This document shows positions 36,998 through 47,424 of a stretch of DNA of 64,000 bases, one piece after another. Source of the DNA: Candidatus Micrarchaeia archaeon (GTDB lineage: Archaea; Micrarchaeota; Micrarchaeia; Micrarchaeales; CABMGC01). The stretch covers positions 84,942-148,941 of the forward strand of contig JBMFWW010000001.1 of assembly GCA_049964835.1 (NCBI GenBank), written 5' to 3'. A model generated the notes under the pieces. That model did no database searches. It was not told where the DNA came from and worked only from the letters and a program-made list of their open reading frames with translations. The position numbers were made by a program, and so were the translations under genes. Positions within the stretch are counted from its first letter, which is position 1; the number at the start of each line of letters is the position of its first letter.

Positions 36998-37897
36998 TCA
37001 TATCAAAAATGCAATGCTTATAAGCAGCTCTAATAAAAGTGCACTTAAAGCATTTAATCCCATCGTTTTTTCATGGTTTTTAGGATTCTTATAATTAGAA
37101 ATTCCTCTCCATACTTTATAATATAAAGGTAAAACTATTAATGTTATCAAAAATGTTATAGGTAAAAATCTAGTTGCTATGCCTATAAGTATTAATCCTA
37201 TTGCAATAACCTGAAATACTACATATAATTTTGATGCCATTTTTTTATGTGATAGCATTATCACCATATTTCGTCTACCATACTTTTTATCTACCTTTTT
37301 ATCAGGTAGTTCATTTGCAATCATTGCAACACCTACCTGTAATCCGGCTGGAAGACATGCAAAAAGAAGTAGTGGATATGCATTTACAACACTGTTTTGT
37401 GCTACTAAGAAGACAGCTAAACCAACTATTGCAAAAGACAGAACTACAAACGGCTCTGCAAAAAATGGTACGTGCGTCAGATATCTTGCGTAAAAAACAG
37501 TAGCTACGAACCCAAACATCATTATTAAAAATATAATTGTAGCTATGCCTGCGCTTAAAAATCCTAATATATAAATTCCTATAACTGCGGCTATAATCAA
37601 AGCTACAACCGCAACTGCTAATATCCCTTTAGTTGTAACAGAGTTTCCTACAACAAGCGCACTTCCACCACTAAACTTTGTTTTTACAGTTTCTTTATCT
37701 ATACCTATCTTATAATCAACATAATCGTCTATAAGGTTAACAGTTATCTGGACTATTATTACTCCAATTATTGCTAGTATTCCAAGATAAAAATTTACAA
37801 CTTTTAAGTATATTGCAGCTGAAAGGCCTACAAAGGAAGACAGAAAACCAAAAAGAAGAGTAGGTTCAAAAATCTCTATAATATAATCTTTAATCAT
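36998..37897 (-). CDS. menA: DHNA prenyltransferase (MenA/UbiA family)
   Basis: NLIDDYVDYKIGID; ANELPDKKVDKKYGRRN; multi-TM; next to menG. Confidence 0.82.
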   Translation of the reverse strand: MIKDYIIEIFEPTLLFGFLSSFVGLSAAIYLKVVNFYLGILAIIGVIIVQITVNLIDDYVDYKIGIDKETVKTKFSGGSALVVGNSVTTKGILAVAVVALIIAAVIGIYILGFLSAGIATIIFLIMMFGFVATVFYARYLTHVPFFAEPFVVLSFAIVGLAVFLVAQNSVVNAYPLLLFACLPAGLQVGVAMIANELPDKKVDKKYGRRNMVIMLSHKKMASKLYVVFQVIAIGLILIGIATRFLPITFLITLIVLPLYYKVWRGISNYKNPKNHEKTMGLNALSALLLELLISIAFLI

Positions 37898-37973
37898 TTA
37901 ATCAATTATTATTAATAAATAAATCTTTTAATACTTATTCATTAAATACTATAATTGCATGTAGTGTTATTTT

Positions 37974-39452
37974 ATGCATAAATATGAGATTAAAGTTTTA
38001 GAATTTCTAAAGAATAAAGACTTTGTAACTCTAGAAGAAGTAATTAAAAATACAAATCTAGGAAAAGACGAAGTTAACTGGACTATTGAAAATCTAATTA
38101 ATTTATCTCTAATAGATGTGGAAAAGAAAAATATTATTTCTATTTCATTTACGCAAGAAGGTTCTTCTTATCTTAAAAAAATGCTTCCTGAAGATGAGCT
38201 TTTAGAAAAGGTAAAATCAAAAAATTCAATAAATGTTAAAAGCATCACTGAAAATTCTGAAAAAATAGGATTACAATGGTGCATAAAAAAAGGCTTTGTG
38301 AGAATCAAAAATGGTGTAATTGAGCTTACAGAAAAAGGCGAAAAGGAAAAACTTCCTTCTAAAGAATCTACATTTTTTAAATCTCTGGAAATTCATAATT
38401 CCAAAGCTGGAAAATTGTCAGATAATGAAAAAGAGCTAATAAAGCAGTTTACTTCAAGAGGTTTACTAGATTTTAAAGAGAAAAGTATAATATCTACTAT
38501 TAGAATTAATAAAAAAGGAGAAGATGCACTAAAGCAAAACTTTGAGAATAAAATTGATGAAGTAACAAAAGATGTAATAAAGAGTTCTGATTTAGACTCT
38601 TTGAAGTTCAAAAAATATGATGTATCTGTTCCTGTTCAAAGGCAATTAACTTCGCTTAGGCATCCCCTGCGTTTATTGATTAACGATGTCAAAACCGTTT
38701 TTACTCAAATGGGTTTTACTGAGATATCAGGTCCAATAGTTGAGCCATCTTTTTGGGTTTTTGATTCATTATTTGTTCCACAAGATCATCCTGCTAGAGA
38801 AACTCAAGATACATTTCATTTATCTAATCCAGAGTCTATAGAGATAGATGATAAAGATTATTTCAATAAAATAAAGAAGGTAAATCAAAAGTCATGGAAG
38901 ATAAAATGGAATGATGAAGAAGCAAAATCAGCAGTTCTCAGAACTCAGATGACTAGTGTATCTGTTCGTTATATAAGTAATTTAGTAAAACAAATAACTA
39001 CAAATCCAGATATCCTACTGCCGCAAAAGCTCTTTACAGTAGGTAGGGTATTCAGAAATGAAAATTTAGACTACAAGCATCTTACCGACTTTTATCAAGT
39101 AGATGGCATAATAATAGGTAAGAATCTTACAATGGCAAACTTATTTGATACTCTTTCAACATTTTATAAAAGCTTTGATTTAAACGTAAGATTTAAACCT
39201 GCATACTTTCCATTTGTAGAGCCAGGCGCTGAAATTTTCACACAGTTAGATAAAAGTGGTGAGTGGCTAGAAATAGGCGGTTCTGGAATAATACGTAGAG
39301 AGATAACTGGCATGAAAAGAAAGAATTTAACTGTATTGGCATGGGGGCTTGGCATCGAAAGGATGCTTCTTCTCAAAGAAAAGAGCATTAAGAGCATAAC
39401 AGAATTTTACAACAATGATCTGGGCTGGTTGAGGAATAGAACCTTGAGGTAA
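37974..39452 (+). CDS. pheS: Phenylalanine--tRNA ligase alpha subunit
   Basis: FDSLFVPQDHPARETQDTF; GRVFRNE; FPFVEP; WGLGIER. Confidence 0.97.
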   Translation: MHKYEIKVLEFLKNKDFVTLEEVIKNTNLGKDEVNWTIENLINLSLIDVEKKNIISISFTQEGSSYLKKMLPEDELLEKVKSKNSINVKSITENSEKIGLQWCIKKGFVRIKNGVIELTEKGEKEKLPSKESTFFKSLEIHNSKAGKLSDNEKELIKQFTSRGLLDFKEKSIISTIRINKKGEDALKQNFENKIDEVTKDVIKSSDLDSLKFKKYDVSVPVQRQLTSLRHPLRLLINDVKTVFTQMGFTEISGPIVEPSFWVFDSLFVPQDHPARETQDTFHLSNPESIEIDDKDYFNKIKKVNQKSWKIKWNDEEAKSAVLRTQMTSVSVRYISNLVKQITTNPDILLPQKLFTVGRVFRNENLDYKHLTDFYQVDGIIIGKNLTMANLFDTLSTFYKSFDLNVRFKPAYFPFVEPGAEIFTQLDKSGEWLEIGGSGIIRREITGMKRKNLTVLAWGLGIERMLLLKEKSIKSITEFYNNDLGWLRNRTLR

Positions 39453-39456
39453 TATT

Positions 39457-41106
39457 ATGCCAAATGTAACATTTGAATTAAAATATCTTATGAGTCTTAT
39501 AAGTCCATCTATAGAAAAAGATAAACTTCAAGAAATAGTGTATAATTTAGGTTTGGAAGTAGAGCATATAAACGATAAGGAAATAACCTTAGAAGTTACT
39601 TCAAACAGGCCCGATCTATTTTCAATTTATGGTCTTGCAAGAGCAATAAGAAATTACCTTCACATAAATAAAAAATTTAATTATGAATTAATAAAGGAAA
39701 ATGAAAAGCCATATCTTTCAATAATAGTTTCACAAGAAATGAAAAAAGCAAAACAGTTCATATCTGGTTTTGTTGCAAACGGAATAACATTTAATGATCA
39801 ATTGTTATCAGAAGTATTCAATTTTTCAGAGAAATTTTCAGATACAATAGGAAGAAAAAGAAGAAAAGCAGCCATAGGCATACATGATCTTGATAAAATA
39901 AAGGGAGATGTAAAATTTGAATTTTCAAAAGACGAAAACTTTTCATATCTTAATAGTAAAAATGAAGAAAAATTTAGTTATGTGCTCAAAAATACCGAAA
40001 AAGGCAGAGAATATACTCAAGCTATCCCTAAAAATAATGATGGGAGATATCCTGTATTAAAAGATGAAGAAGGATTTATTGCTTTTGTTCCAATACTAAA
40101 TTCAAATAGAACTGCAGTAACTAAAAATACCAAGAATGTTTTTGTGGAGATAACTGGGTCATCTCAAGATATGGTAGAAAGGGCAAACAATTTACTTGCA
40201 ATAACCTTTTCAGAATTTTCAGATTCTATAAAACCAATATCTATAAAGGGCAACAATAAAATCCAAAAAATGCCTGAACTAGTACAAAAATACATCTCCA
40301 TACCTATGTCCCAAATTGAATATGAGATAGGGGTTTCAATAGGTTTCAACAATATAATCTCATTAGCAAATAAAATGGGCTATGACGCTGCGTTGCTAGG
40401 TAGAAATATACGTTTTAGTATACCAGAATACAGATTAGACATACTTAACGAGCAAGATATAATTGAGGATATAGCAATAGCATACGGTTACGATTATATT
40501 AATAACATACCTGTACCATCAATATCAAAAGGCAAATTTTTATTACATCATTATTTATTTGAAAATATCTCCAATACACTTGTAGGTATGGGTTTTTCAG
40601 AATCTATGTCTACATATCTAACAAATGAAAGCAAAAACTTTTCAGATATGTGTATCAAAATACCAGATGCTGATAGTTATATACGACTTAAAGATTCTAA
40701 ATCAACATCACTTTCAATGGCCAGAACCTGGCTATTGCCATCATTACTTAATGTTATATCTTCAAGTAAGCATGAAAAGTTTCCACAAAAGGTATTTGAG
40801 TTAGATTTAGTTTTTAATCTAAATAATAAAAAACCATCAGAGTCATATCATATTGCCGGCGTAAGTTCAGGAAACAAGCAAAACTTCAATGACATCAAGA
40901 GCGTTGTTGAGTCGTTGCTTACAATAAACAATTTAGTCTTCACCATTGAGGAAGATTCAAGACCAACATTTATAGAAGGAAGATGCGCATCAATAATAAT
41001 TAATGGTGTGAAAAAGGGCTTCATGGGTGAGATATCCCCTAAGGTTTTACAAAACTTTGGCATTGATGAACCTACCATAGCATTCGAAATAAACCTTTCT
41101 AATTGA
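39457..41106 (+). CDS. pheT: Phenylalanine--tRNA ligase beta subunit
   Basis: NRPDL; GRKRRKAAIGIHD; RLDILNEQDIIEDIAIAYGY; FIEGRCA. Confidence 0.96.
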   Translation: MPNVTFELKYLMSLISPSIEKDKLQEIVYNLGLEVEHINDKEITLEVTSNRPDLFSIYGLARAIRNYLHINKKFNYELIKENEKPYLSIIVSQEMKKAKQFISGFVANGITFNDQLLSEVFNFSEKFSDTIGRKRRKAAIGIHDLDKIKGDVKFEFSKDENFSYLNSKNEEKFSYVLKNTEKGREYTQAIPKNNDGRYPVLKDEEGFIAFVPILNSNRTAVTKNTKNVFVEITGSSQDMVERANNLLAITFSEFSDSIKPISIKGNNKIQKMPELVQKYISIPMSQIEYEIGVSIGFNNIISLANKMGYDAALLGRNIRFSIPEYRLDILNEQDIIEDIAIAYGYDYINNIPVPSISKGKFLLHHYLFENISNTLVGMGFSESMSTYLTNESKNFSDMCIKIPDADSYIRLKDSKSTSLSMARTWLLPSLLNVISSSKHEKFPQKVFELDLVFNLNNKKPSESYHIAGVSSGNKQNFNDIKSVVESLLTINNLVFTIEEDSRPTFIEGRCASIIINGVKKGFMGEISPKVLQNFGIDEPTIAFEINLSN

Positions 41107-41107
41107 T

Positions 41108-42340
41108 TTACTTGATTTTTCTTCCGAGTATAACTTCAACATCATCTTCAAAAAGACCCATACTAAAAGCAAGACTATCTAATGTTTCATCTTTGCCAAA
41201 CTTTTTCATTGAGTTCTCTATTGAAATTTTAAGTATCGGAAAGTAGTTTCCAATTATCTTTTTTCTATTTGTGTGAAAGATTGGAGAAAGCTTATCCGCA
41301 ATTTCCTTTAATGTTCCTCTTTCTGTTTTTGTACTCCCCATATACCTTATGTTATTTGGGAAAGAATAACCTTTAAGCATTGAGACTCTTCCTTTTGAGG
41401 ATAGTGCTATACCTGCAGAAGCGATAGTGCTCGCATATTTAAAATATTCATAATGATTTGTTCTAGATGCTCGTTCATAATATCTACTTGCTGTTGCGAG
41501 ATTTGAGTATGCGTTATCTATATCAAATTTAGACAGATATCTTTTTGTTACATTTTCATCTATCCAATTTATTAACATTCCAATATCGAGATCACTTTTA
41601 GACATACTGTTTCTTGCTATGTCAAAATTTTTACTTAAAAATATTTTATCTAAAACTCCAAAGATCTCTATTTTTCTATCTCTTATACCTATATTTTCAA
41701 GCAGAGAGTCATCTGCATTTATCATTACTTCTAAATCGTTAATTGCACCCCTAACATCACCGTCAGATCTCTTTGCAATTTCATTTATTATCTCATTTTT
41801 CATATCTACATTTTCTTTTTTTATTATATCCGTTAAATGTTTTTTAATTTCATCAATACTTACCTTTTTAAATTCAACTTTATCTACTGCCATTCTTAGA
41901 TAGCTAATATTCTTATCCCAAAAATCAGTCGCGGTAAATATTATCGGCTGCTTAGAGTTTTTTATAAGATTTCTTACTACTTTTTCAGCTCCTGCATCTA
42001 ATTTTTTAGATAATTCATCAATTTCATCAAGAAGAATTAATATATTTTTATTAAAAAGGCCTCTGCTTTTGCTTGCAGGAACAAGAACTTTTTCTAAAGT
42101 ATTTACATCCCTATAATCACTTGCATTAAGCTCAAGAAGTTCAAATCCATTTCCATATGCTAATGCCTGTGCGGCAGCAGTCTTACCTGTGCCTGAAGGT
42201 CCAAAAAGCATAAGTGGTCTTGGGCCTGCACTAGCATGTATTGCCTGTGAAAATTCAAAAAGTTTAGATATTGCCTCATTGTTTCCTATTATGCCATTTA
42301 TTGTTTTAGGAGCATATTTGTCGGCAAGCATTAAAATCAC
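41108..42340 (-). CDS. rfcL: Replication factor C large subunit
   Basis: KYAP; GPSGTGKT; ELNASD; LLDEID; GDVRGAINDL; WIDEN. Confidence 0.92.
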   Translation of the reverse strand: MILMLADKYAPKTINGIIGNNEAISKLFEFSQAIHASAGPRPLMLFGPSGTGKTAAAQALAYGNGFELLELNASDYRDVNTLEKVLVPASKSRGLFNKNILILLDEIDELSKKLDAGAEKVVRNLIKNSKQPIIFTATDFWDKNISYLRMAVDKVEFKKVSIDEIKKHLTDIIKKENVDMKNEIINEIAKRSDGDVRGAINDLEVMINADDSLLENIGIRDRKIEIFGVLDKIFLSKNFDIARNSMSKSDLDIGMLINWIDENVTKRYLSKFDIDNAYSNLATASRYYERASRTNHYEYFKYASTIASAGIALSSKGRVSMLKGYSFPNNIRYMGSTKTERGTLKEIADKLSPIFHTNRKKIIGNYFPILKISIENSMKKFGKDETLDSLAFSMGLFEDDVEVILGRKIK

Positions 42341-42384
42341 AAAACATATATATAATTTGTAACAAATATTCTAAATATCTTTCA

Positions 42385-42459
42385 GCTCCGATCGTCTAGC
42401 CCGGTCAAGGACGAAGCCCTCTCACGGCTTAAACCTGGGTCCAAATCCCAGTCGGAGCA
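42385..42459 (+). tRNA. tRNA-Glu(CTC)
   Basis: Acceptor GCTCCGA/TCGGAGC+A; anticodon arm AAGCC-CTCTCAC-GGCTT; T-loop TCCAAAT. Confidence 0.95.
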
Positions 42460-42574
42460 TTTTTATGATTTTTATTTTTAATTTGAATTATTATAACCAT
42501 AAGTCTTGTAAATTTTTAATAAGATAATAATAAATAATCAAATAACTTACTAATCAATATTATTATAAAATAAT

Positions 42575-42676
42575 GGGCTCTTAGCTCAGGAGCAGAGCGT
42601 TCCGTTCGCAAGAAATCCTTAGAAAAGGTTTCATCGAAATACGGAAAGGTCGCGGGTGCGAATCCCGCAGAGTCCA
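42575..42676 (+). tRNA. tRNA-Ala(CGC) with a 30-nt intron (42611-42640) at position 37/38
   Basis: Acceptor GGGCTCT/AGAGTCC with G3:U70; anticodon stem TTCCG/CGGAA; TTCG/CGAA central splice helix. Confidence 0.9.
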
Positions 42677-42677
42677 A

Positions 42678-42700
42678 TAAACTCTTTGAGAAAGAGTTTA
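42678..42700 (+). terminator. Perfect 10-bp hairpin after tRNA-Ala (terminator or processing signal candidate)
   Basis: TAAACTCTTT-GAG-AAAGAGTTTA. Confidence 0.45.
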
Positions 42701-42792
42701 ATCAGAAAGCCCTCGTAATTAGTAAATAACTTGTGCTCTTGATAAAAATATTACATATTATAATATTATATTTAATTGTTACTAGTTATTTT

Positions 42793-42828
42793 GTGACATC
42801 CTCACACAGCTAAAGCATGTGGACTTTA
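42793..42828 (-). mobile_element. Diverged solo IS200/IS605 right end
   Basis: Reverse strand reads CCACATGC-TTTA-GCTGTGTG-AGGATGTCAC, same architecture and terminus as 56068-56103. Confidence 0.75.
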
Positions 42829-42894
42829 CGCCTACTTTGATAATAAACAATACCATAATAAGTAATATATATCAAAAAACATATCTTTATACAC

Positions 42895-44601
42895 ATGAAC
42901 TTTAGGATTAAGGTACAGACAAACCTTGGAACTTTTTTGTGTACCCCTGTTCAAACTGCGGCTAAGGTAGATTTAGAACATGGTAAAGAGTACATACACG
43001 TGGGCGATTTAAGAAAAGGAGATCAAGTATATGTAAGCAAGACTGTCTCAGAAAAGATTACCTTAGAAGATCACATAATTCCAACATTATGGTCAAGCTC
43101 TGAATTTTATAGGAAAGACAGAGGCCAACTTTTCAGGATAGGGACAACAGAAGTTCCTAACGAAACTTTATTAAGTTATCATTTAAATAAGATTTTATAC
43201 CAACATGGTGAAAGATCTGATGCTGCAAAAATAATACATAATACAATAAAATTAATGCCTGAAAATCTTCATTATTCATATTCTGCGGTTGTTGCTTGGC
43301 TTAATAATGAAGTCATGTTTCCTGAGAAACCCGAAGTACTTCTTAAGCTTGCTGATACTTTTAATGCTCCATCTTTAAAAGAATGGACTTTGAGCGTATT
43401 AAATCAAGATCAGATGTCAGTAAAGCGGCTAAGAGTTATACATAGCCAGATAAGAGCAAGACTAGCTAAACCTATAGGTTCACATGAAGAATATTCTATA
43501 CTAAAAAATAATGAATCAGAAGGTAAAAAGAATAATTCTAATGAACATATAGATATAGGCAGTTTTGTAGGTTTAATACGTAAAGAGTATGGGAAAGATT
43601 TATTAAAAGAATTTGTAACTGTTGCGCAAGTTACTGAAGATCCATTACAGGTTTCAGACAAGCTTGAAAATACCTCGGAGTTTTCTACATCTTCAAATAG
43701 TACCGGTCTAAGCAGGAAGATTATAGGTTTTTCTTACACTAAACCTGAAGAGCGATTAACTGTAATATCTAAACACGGAACAGGAATGGAAAGCAGCAAG
43801 AGATTAGAATTTGCACTTTTAAAAAGAAATGAGTTAGCAATTTTACTAATAAAAAGATTTTTCGAAATTTCAGCTCAAATAGAGCCTGGATTGATGGCTA
43901 AACATAACTATGATTTAAAAAGAAATTATACTCTGCAAATTACTATGTTCTCAAACGCTTTATTATTCAATCATACTGTAAATTTTCATTTAAACGATAT
44001 AAACACATGCAAATTAATTACAAGCAGTAAAAAATTCCGTGAATGTATGCGCCATATTTTAAGCATTACTGATAAAGATGATTTTTACGAGAAGCTAAAT
44101 TTCTACTATAAAAAATTCAACAGCGTAGCTAGTCTATACTTTATTCAGTATATGAATGAGATCTATAATAAATCACTTATAGAAAAATTTGTTTTAAGCA
44201 GAGAAGAATTCTTTAGTATATTTAATATTGATATGTATGGACTTAAAAATAATCTGTCAAAATTTTTAAATTCTATCAAAGCATTAGATAAACAGGGCAT
44301 TGAAAAATTAAATAAAAATATTGACGAAACAATAAAATACTTTAAGCTCTATGACCGCATTTATTATGATAGTAAATTTAATGAAATATTAAAAGAATTA
44401 AGAAATTTAAACATACCCATAGTATTTAGGCATTCACATCAAGCAGGTAGCATTAAACAGGATAATCTCGAACTTATTAAAAAGATAATGGTAGCATATG
44501 GAATATACGAAATACCTAAACTTAAATTGCACTCAAGTATTCCTATTGAAAAGAATTCAAATAAAATTGATTTTCTTACATTTAATTTATTTAATCAATA
44601 A
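42895..44601 (+). CDS. Orphan 568-aa protein; N-half has a beta-rich DLxxGD module and a helical module
   Basis: Long intact ORF next to tRNAs and an IS end; family uncertain. Confidence 0.7.
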   Translation: MNFRIKVQTNLGTFLCTPVQTAAKVDLEHGKEYIHVGDLRKGDQVYVSKTVSEKITLEDHIIPTLWSSSEFYRKDRGQLFRIGTTEVPNETLLSYHLNKILYQHGERSDAAKIIHNTIKLMPENLHYSYSAVVAWLNNEVMFPEKPEVLLKLADTFNAPSLKEWTLSVLNQDQMSVKRLRVIHSQIRARLAKPIGSHEEYSILKNNESEGKKNNSNEHIDIGSFVGLIRKEYGKDLLKEFVTVAQVTEDPLQVSDKLENTSEFSTSSNSTGLSRKIIGFSYTKPEERLTVISKHGTGMESSKRLEFALLKRNELAILLIKRFFEISAQIEPGLMAKHNYDLKRNYTLQITMFSNALLFNHTVNFHLNDINTCKLITSSKKFRECMRHILSITDKDDFYEKLNFYYKKFNSVASLYFIQYMNEIYNKSLIEKFVLSREEFFSIFNIDMYGLKNNLSKFLNSIKALDKQGIEKLNKNIDETIKYFKLYDRIYYDSKFNEILKELRNLNIPIVFRHSHQAGSIKQDNLELIKKIMVAYGIYEIPKLKLHSSIPIEKNSNKIDFLTFNLFNQ

Positions 44602-44646
44602 ATGAAAAAAGTCCTAATTTTTTTAAGTAAAAATGTAGCAATTTTA

Positions 44647-45102
44647 TTATCTATTCGCATTTTTTATTTTTTCTGCTATTTCATTAAGTTCAGAAATGTT
44701 TTTATGAGGACCAATTTGGGTTGTTATATAACCTAAATATTTATCAAAATATATCTTTTCAGCTGCTAATACCTCTTCAAATTTTTCGTTTATCCCATGT
44801 ATAGGATAAAGTTTTATATGTACATGATTTATTCCGAGTCCTTCCATAACTAATGCTGTTCTTTTTACTTTCAATCCTTTATCTAACATTTTACCTACTA
44901 GTTTAGCTGCAAGCATAGCATCAGAGTACTCGGAATCAGGCATATCAAAAGCGTAGGAATCAAAGTGTTTTTTTGTAATTAGCAACGTAACTCCTTCTGT
45001 ATTAGGGTTTATATCAAGTATTGCAATGTGCTTTTTATCTTCCCAGATCTTCACTGAAGGTATTTCATTATTTACTATTTTGCAAAAAATACAATCTTCC
45101 AT
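44647..45102 (-). CDS. HIT-family nucleotide hydrolase
   Basis: DCIFCKI; LDINP; HVHIKL variant of the histidine triad. Confidence 0.88.
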   Translation of the reverse strand: MEDCIFCKIVNNEIPSVKIWEDKKHIAILDINPNTEGVTLLITKKHFDSYAFDMPDSEYSDAMLAAKLVGKMLDKGLKVKRTALVMEGLGINHVHIKLYPIHGINEKFEEVLAAEKIYFDKYLGYITTQIGPHKNISELNEIAEKIKNANR

Positions 45103-45370
45103 AAAGTAAGTAATCCATTTTATAATATATTCTTTTCGTTTGTCTTTAATCTATTAAAAGTTTAATGATTTCTTATTATTCTAAGAAATATCTAATAATC
45201 CAATACTTTAGAACTATACTAAAATACTATAGATGGATTATAAAGCCTTGTTCATAAACTCCTACTTTATGGACAGATTTTGAGTTTTTAAACAAGGCTA
45301 GATTATAAGAAAGCTTTATATATGAAGAAAAACAAAATATGTACGTAAGTATACAAATAGAGATGGTAAT

Positions 45371-47263
45371 TTGGTTAAAAAATTTGCATATAATAATCTT
45401 AAATTTCTTTTTATTTTTGCTACATTATCTCTACTTGGAGTATCAAACGCAACATCATTTGTTTTATTTCATAGTCTTTCAGCATCTATTAATATCAACA
45501 CTCCTCTTATTTTTCAAGGTAAAAATGAGACAATAACTGCTTCAGTAACGGGCGGCTATCCTCCATATAATTATGAGTGGTTATTAAATGGTCAACCAGT
45601 AGGGAGAGATTCTTCTTTATTTATGTTTCAAGGAAATCAGTCGACCAATGGCTACGATAATATTACTCTTACTGTAGTAGATCAATATAATAATATAATA
45701 AAAATTTCAAATTACGTATATGTTCAAAATCCAAATTTCTTTAGTGCTTATCTTATGCCCAGTACTATCTCATCTGATTTTGGCCAAAATGTTTCTATAA
45801 CATCTTATGTATCTAGTGGAACACTACCATATACATATCATTGGAACTTCATACCAAATTCAGGAGTACAGACAACGCTACCATGCTCAACATCAAGCTG
45901 CAACTTTACTGCAACTCAAAATGGCGATGTACAATTAACAGTTATAGATTCTTCAGGCAGAGTAACATCTGCAATATCAAAGGTTTCTGTTGTCGGATCT
46001 CCAATTTTTGTAACTGTAGCTCCATATACTATAACAGATCCAATAGACTCTCAGCAGGTTTTATATGCATCTGCTACTGGCGGTTCTGGATCATTTAAGT
46101 ATTTTTGGTATAACTATACTAGTGGCAGTCCTGTACTTATAAGCGGTTCAAATACCAACACATTAGTTTTGAATTTATTCACACCTGGACATTTTGAATA
46201 TTATGTCATTGCTTACGACTCAAAAGCTAGTTCATCAAATCCTGCAAAGTCAAATCTTGTTTATCTTACTGTAGGGGATGTAAATGCAAGCAGTTCAAAC
46301 AATAACAATTTATCTCCAGTATTTGAAAGAACATTAGCAAATCCGGTATGCAGCTCATTGAATTTATCTCAAGGTACCTCAAATACAGTTTCCTTATATA
46401 ATAATAACTTTAAGATATCGGAAACGTTATTGACCAATTACGGTGCAGATATAGATGTTGATGGCAATTCCTACTATACTGGAGTAAATAAGAGCATAAA
46501 CCTTGGCGTTGTAAATAACTATTCATATTCTTTAGAGTTAAAAAGCATATTTGGGGTCGTAAATCTTGAATCGACAGTTTTACTATGTGTTTCAGAAGTT
46601 AAAATAATACAAGAAAACACAGTACCAATTATAAACTCTTCATCTTTTACAAATGGCGTTCCAAATGTTGAAATAAAAATAATAAATGGTTCTAACAACT
46701 CAAGCGTAATATATGCTTCTACAAATTTTGGTTTTGACAAAATTGAGGTATTTTCAAATAACAATCTTATGGCTATCGGAATTGGAAATATTTCATATAG
46801 TACCTCACTCATGAAGTCAGGTAATTACTCTCTTTTAGCTTGTGATGTTACTACATATCCTGAACAATGTTCAACTCCAATAAATTTATCAGTAGGTCAA
46901 ATTTCAAAAACCACACCTTCAGTTTCATCAGTGCCATTTTTAAACATAAAGTTGCCATTTCCACCAATATATCTTGTAGGAGTAATAATAGTAATAATTG
47001 CTGTAATATTCTATAAAAGAAGATCAAACGACTATGATTATCTTTATGGATCTAGGGAGGGAAAGAATGATTATGATTCAGGAGATGACGAGGCAATAAA
47101 AAAGACATCAACAACAAACACTACAAAAAAGATGACAGAAAGCAGTTCAACAGATGATTCAGCAATAAAAGTATCTAAAAATCCAGATCAGTATAAATCT
47201 TCTGGATTTGACAATTCTAATAGTGAAAGTAAGTTTGGTTGGAGCTCAGAACCTAAAGAGTAA
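45371..47263 (+). CDS. Cell-surface glycoprotein with repeated Ig/PKD-like domains and a C-terminal TM anchor
   Basis: Signal peptide; repeats GGYPPYNYEW / SGTLPYTYHW / GGSGSFKYFW; TM followed by KRR; acidic cytoplasmic tail. Confidence 0.8.
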   Translation: MVKKFAYNNLKFLFIFATLSLLGVSNATSFVLFHSLSASININTPLIFQGKNETITASVTGGYPPYNYEWLLNGQPVGRDSSLFMFQGNQSTNGYDNITLTVVDQYNNIIKISNYVYVQNPNFFSAYLMPSTISSDFGQNVSITSYVSSGTLPYTYHWNFIPNSGVQTTLPCSTSSCNFTATQNGDVQLTVIDSSGRVTSAISKVSVVGSPIFVTVAPYTITDPIDSQQVLYASATGGSGSFKYFWYNYTSGSPVLISGSNTNTLVLNLFTPGHFEYYVIAYDSKASSSNPAKSNLVYLTVGDVNASSSNNNNLSPVFERTLANPVCSSLNLSQGTSNTVSLYNNNFKISETLLTNYGADIDVDGNSYYTGVNKSINLGVVNNYSYSLELKSIFGVVNLESTVLLCVSEVKIIQENTVPIINSSSFTNGVPNVEIKIINGSNNSSVIYASTNFGFDKIEVFSNNNLMAIGIGNISYSTSLMKSGNYSLLACDVTTYPEQCSTPINLSVGQISKTTPSVSSVPFLNIKLPFPPIYLVGVIIVIIAVIFYKRRSNDYDYLYGSREGKNDYDSGDDEAIKKTSTTNTTKKMTESSSTDDSAIKVSKNPDQYKSSGFDNSNSESKFGWSSEPKE

Positions 47264-47424
47264 GTAAATAAAATCTTGCACTCCCTTCTTATAATACAAA
47301 ATTTAGTCTATATTTCTACAGAACTTAAAAGTAGCTTTGCCAAAAGAGGATTTAAATATTTTTGTACATATATAATTAAAGTCTATTTAATATTAATTTA
47401 TACTTAATATTAGTCAGTGATTAA

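Noticed and set aside
42895..43040. Intein in the 568-aa orphan
   Set aside because: There is a Hint-like strand pattern, but no N-terminal Cys/Ser block, no TxxH His and no terminal HN
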